Shown: piece after piece, positions 60,071 through 64,000 of the stretch
Position numbering within the stretch: position 1 is the first letter of the stretch
Layout of the letters: the number at the start of each line of letters is the position of its first letter
DNA from: Hypanus sabinus
Lineage: Eukaryota
Length of the DNA stretch: 64,000 bases
Assembly: GCF_030144855.1 (NCBI RefSeq)
Contig: NC_082717.1
Coordinates: 3,906,001 to 3,970,000 of the forward strand
Direction: 5' to 3'
Program-made: the position numbers and the translations under genes
Notes under the pieces: generated by a model
What the model was told of the DNA's origin: nothing
What the model saw: the letters and a program-made list of their open reading frames with translations, nothing else
The model's database searches: none

Positions 60071-62279
60071 AGTTTCTCTTCAGTTCCCCTGTAAATATTT
60101 CACCTTTCACCCTTAACCCATGACCTCTATTTCTTGTCTCACCTCACCTCAGTGGAGTAAACATGTTTACATTTACTTGGTGTATACCGCTCATAATTTT
60201 GTACATCTCTGTCAAATCTATGCTCCAGGGAATAACATCCTAACCTATTCCACCTTTCCCTATTCCTCAGGTCTTCAAGTCCTGGTTCAAAGATTAATTT
60301 TATTTTTGAAGTACTGCATACGTGTACACTACAACTCTGATATTCATCTTTGCAACATCTGTGTAAATTTTGTCTGCACTCTTTCAAACTGAAGGTAGGT
60401 GAGCAGAACTGCACACATACTTGCTCAAAGGATGCAGTGTTGAGGTTGTACAGGGCATTGGCCAGACTGCTGTTGGAATATGGTTTCAGCCCAAAACGTC
60501 GACTCTACATTTCTCCGCAGATGCTGCCTGGCCTGTTGAGTTCCTCCAGCATTTTGTGTGTGTTGCTTGGAATATGCTGAGCAGTTTTGTGCCCTTATTT
60601 ACAAAAGGATGTGCTGGCATTGGAGAGGAGATTCATGAGAAAGATCCCAGGAATGAAAGAGTTAACGTTTGTGGCTCTGGGCCTGTGCTCACGGGGATTT
60701 AGAAGAATGAAGGGGACTCTCATTCTAACCTATCAAACACTGAAAGGCTTAAAGAGGGTGGACATGGAAATGATGTCTCCTATCGTGGGGGAGTCAAGAA
60801 GATTGGAGGGTGGCTGGTGTTGTTTCATTGATCAAGAAAGCTGGTGAGGTAGGCCAGGGAACTAAAGGCCGGTGAGCCTGAATTCTGTAATAGGGAAGTT
60901 ACTGGAGAGAATTCTGAGGGTCAACACACTCAGTGCTGGAGGAACTCAGCAGGTCAGGGAACATCTACAGAGAGGAATAAACAGCCAACATTTCAGGACG
61001 GGACCCTTCAGCAAGACTGGGGAAAAAAGATGAAGAAGCCAGATTAGGAAGGTGGAAGGGGAAGGAAGACAAACTGCAGGTGATACGTGAGACCAGGTGA
61101 GAGGGAAGTTAGGGTGATATGAGAACCGGGGAGGTGATGGGAGGAAGAGGTAGAGAGCTGAGGAAGAAGGACTCTGATAGGAGAGGAGAGTAAGGCACGC
61201 CATCACTTGGATAGTCGAGGCCAGATCAGCAAATGGATAGGCTATGAGCAGACTTGATGGGCTGAATGGCCTAATTCTGCTCCAATGTCTTATGGTCAAT
61301 TCATCAGTCAAGGAGAGGGGATGAAGGATGGCAACTGAACCCTTGTTTTTTAAGCACTGGGTCGAATCGGAAAGGGCGGGTACAAGCCGAATCGAGCCAT
61401 CATGGTCCAGACACCAGAGCATACCAAAGCAAATGACCAGATGGATACCAAGGGATTACAGATCTGTTGCAGATTTGGGCTGAAGAGTGGGAAAGAGAGA
61501 TCAATATAGACAAGGGTGAGGTGGTACACTTTGGGAGGTGAAATATCTGTGACAGTGTACAGTAACTGGAGCATTAGTGTACAGACAGACCTTGCGGTAC
61601 AAGTCCATTGGTAATTGAAAGCGGCAATGCAGTCCTGAAGAAGGGTCTCGGCCTGAAACATTGACACTCCATAGATGCTGCCTGACCTGCCGAGTCCCTC
61701 CAGCATTGTCTCTGTGTGTTGCCCTGGATTTCCATTATCTGCAGAATCCCTTGTGTTTATGATTGCAAGTAAAGAATGCATAAGGCTTGTTTGCCTCATT
61801 GTCAGGGTGCTGATCATGGAGTCATGCAGCAGCTGGGTAAAGTTCTGCTTTGGGAACATTTCCTGTTCAGTTCTGGTTGCCCCATTACAGGAAGGATGTG
61901 GAGGCTTTGGAGAGGAGGCAGAAGAGGTTCGCCACGATGTGGCCTGGATTTCTGAGCTTTAGTTATATGGGAGTTCAGACTGACTTAGTTTGTTTAGTCA
62001 GGATAATCGGTGACTGAGCTGTGACTATACAATTCTGTCGATAGAGACACAAGGAATTCTACAGATGCTCCAAAAACAGAGCAATATGCACCAACCTTTG
62101 CTGTCCTGACTAATCAAGAACCCATCAACCTTCACTTTAAAAATACTCAATGACTCGTCCTCCATAGTAGTGAAAATGAATTCCACAAATTCACTACCCT
62201 CTGTCTAAACTCCTCATCTCTGTTCTAAATGGGCACCCCCCTACTCTGAGGCTGTGCCCTCTGGTCCAGGACTTGCAAG

Positions 62280-62940
62280 AGCAGCGCAGTGAAGAGGGCA
62301 AATGGAATGCTGGCCTTTATTACAAAGGGAATTGAGTACACGAGCAAGGAAATCCTTTTGCATTTGTACAGGGCCCTGGTGAGACCACACCTGGAGTATT
62401 GTGTACAGTTTTGGTCTCCAGGGTTAAGGAAGGACATCCTGGCTGTAGAGGAAGTGCAGCGTAGATTCACGAGGTTAATTCCTGGGATGTCTGGACTGTC
62501 TTATGCAGAGAGGTTAGAGAGACTGGGCTTGTACACGCTGGAATTAAGGAGATTGAGAGGGGATCTGATTGCAACATATAAGATTATTAAGGGATTGGAC
62601 AAGATAGAGGCAGGAAATATGTTCCAGATGCTGGGAGAGTCCAGTACCAGAGGGCATGGTTTGAGAAAAAGGGGTAGGTCATCTAGGACAGAGTTAAGGA
62701 AAAACTTCTTCTCCCAGAGAGTTGTGGGGGTGTGGAATGCATTGCCTCAGAAGGCAGTGGAAGCCAATTCTCTGGATGCTTTCAAGAAGGAGCTGGATAG
62801 GTATCTTATGGATAGGGGAATCAAGGGATATGGGGACAAGGCAGGAACCAGGTATTGATAGTAGATGATCAGCCATGATCTCAGAATGGAGGTGCAGGCT
62901 CAAAGGGCTGAATGGTCTACTTCTGCACCTATTGTCTATT
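62280..62940 (+). mobile_element. CR1 3' fragment
   Basis: ORF 62289-62858 followed by an attgtct tail. Confidence 0.9.
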
Positions 62941-64000
62941 GCCCACTATAGGAAACATCCTCTCTGCATCCACAATATCTGGGTCTTTCAATAGTTGATA
63001 GTTTTCATTGAGATCACCCTTCATTCTTCTAAATTCCAGTAAGTACAGGCCCAGGGCCATCAAATGCTCCTTGTACATTAATCTTTTCATTGCTGGAAAC
63101 ATTCTTGTAAACATCCTCTGGATTCTCTTCAATTACAGCAGATCTTTTCTTAGATAATGGGCCAACATCTCCTCATTGTTTTAATCATGCCTGTAGTCCA
63201 GTCGATGTCCGGTTTTATTCAGATGGTATCTGCTGTTCCTCTGGGTGCTTTTGTCTTTCAGCACCTGTGTCCGTGCAATGGTTGTCCCTCACCTTGCATT
63301 CGTCTATTCACAGACACGGACATCACTGGCAATACCAGTATTTAGCACAATACTCCAAGAGGGGTCTGATCAGTGTCCTATATAGCTGCAACATTACCTC
63401 TCGGCTCCTAAATTCAATTCCACGATTGATGAAGGCCAATACACCGTACGCCTTCTTAACCACAGATTCAATGGAGTCTAAGATGGAAAATTCTACTGGT
63501 GAACCCTTTTATTTTTTCCCTTTGTTCTCTTTCTTCTTTAATAACTGGTTAAGCTAACCTTCATAGATACACCTATTTGTATAATTGCATGCAGTGTACA
63601 ATCTCTTATTCATTGCTGATGGATAGGGCAGTATTTGCACAGTATTCACTCAGATCAGAGTTCGAGCCATTGAAACATCCCAACTTTCTGGTTTGGGGGG
63701 ACCCACCGATCTCAGACGTACCAAGTTCCAGAAAGGTTCGCTGATTTCAGTGGCTGTTAGCAAGGGGCTAACGAGTTGTGTTTCCAGAGATGCTGGGTAA
63801 AAAGGGTTTCAGAGAGAAAAAGAAAACTGTGAATTACAGTAAGTATATATTTGTTAAATAGTTAAATAAAATAAGTAGTGCAAAAATATGAAATTAAAAA
63901 AGAAAGTGATGAGGTATTGTTCATGGGTTCAATATCCATTCAGAAATCAGATGGCAGAGGGGAAGAAGCTGTTGTTGAATCATTGAGTGTGTGCCTTCAG

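Noticed and set aside
63157-63345. Hydrophobic plus-strand frames near 63.2 kb as a signal peptide or TM exon
   Set aside because: Wrong strand for the receptor, embedded between CR1 fragments, and no consistent splice chain.
63722-63793. Exon-like segment SLETQLVSPLLTATEISEPFWNL as the leader exon
   Set aside because: It has no ATG, is not hydrophobic, and ends in phase 0 in its only open frame.

Overview
Repeat-rich vertebrate genomic DNA, most likely a cartilaginous fish such as a ray or skate (inferred from the CR1, Penelope and tRNA-SINE repertoire and the Ig-like exons). The great majority of the window is transposable elements: many CR1 LINEs (two with long open ORF2s), two Gypsy LTR elements, an L1-clade fragment, Penelope and R4/Dong fragments, and SINEs. 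Between them lies a multi-exon gene on the minus strand that the ORF track does not assemble. It has three phase-1/1 exons, each encoding an antigen-receptor-like V domain with a germline-fused J-like G strand (57178-57522, 48153-48500, 40175-40519). These are followed by an uncharged transmembrane exon (34437-34581) and three small cytoplasmic exons (29588-29631, 26215-26258, 23154-23270) carrying ITSM/ITIM-like motifs. All seven exons splice in frame at GT-AG sites, predicting a non-rearranging VJ-VJ-VJ-TM inhibitory receptor. No leader exon or C1 exon was found in the window. A second notable item is a degenerate Gypsy element whose long ORF ends in an apparently captured myosin heavy-chain rod fragment. 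All alignments and splice calls were made by eye; no database searches were run.
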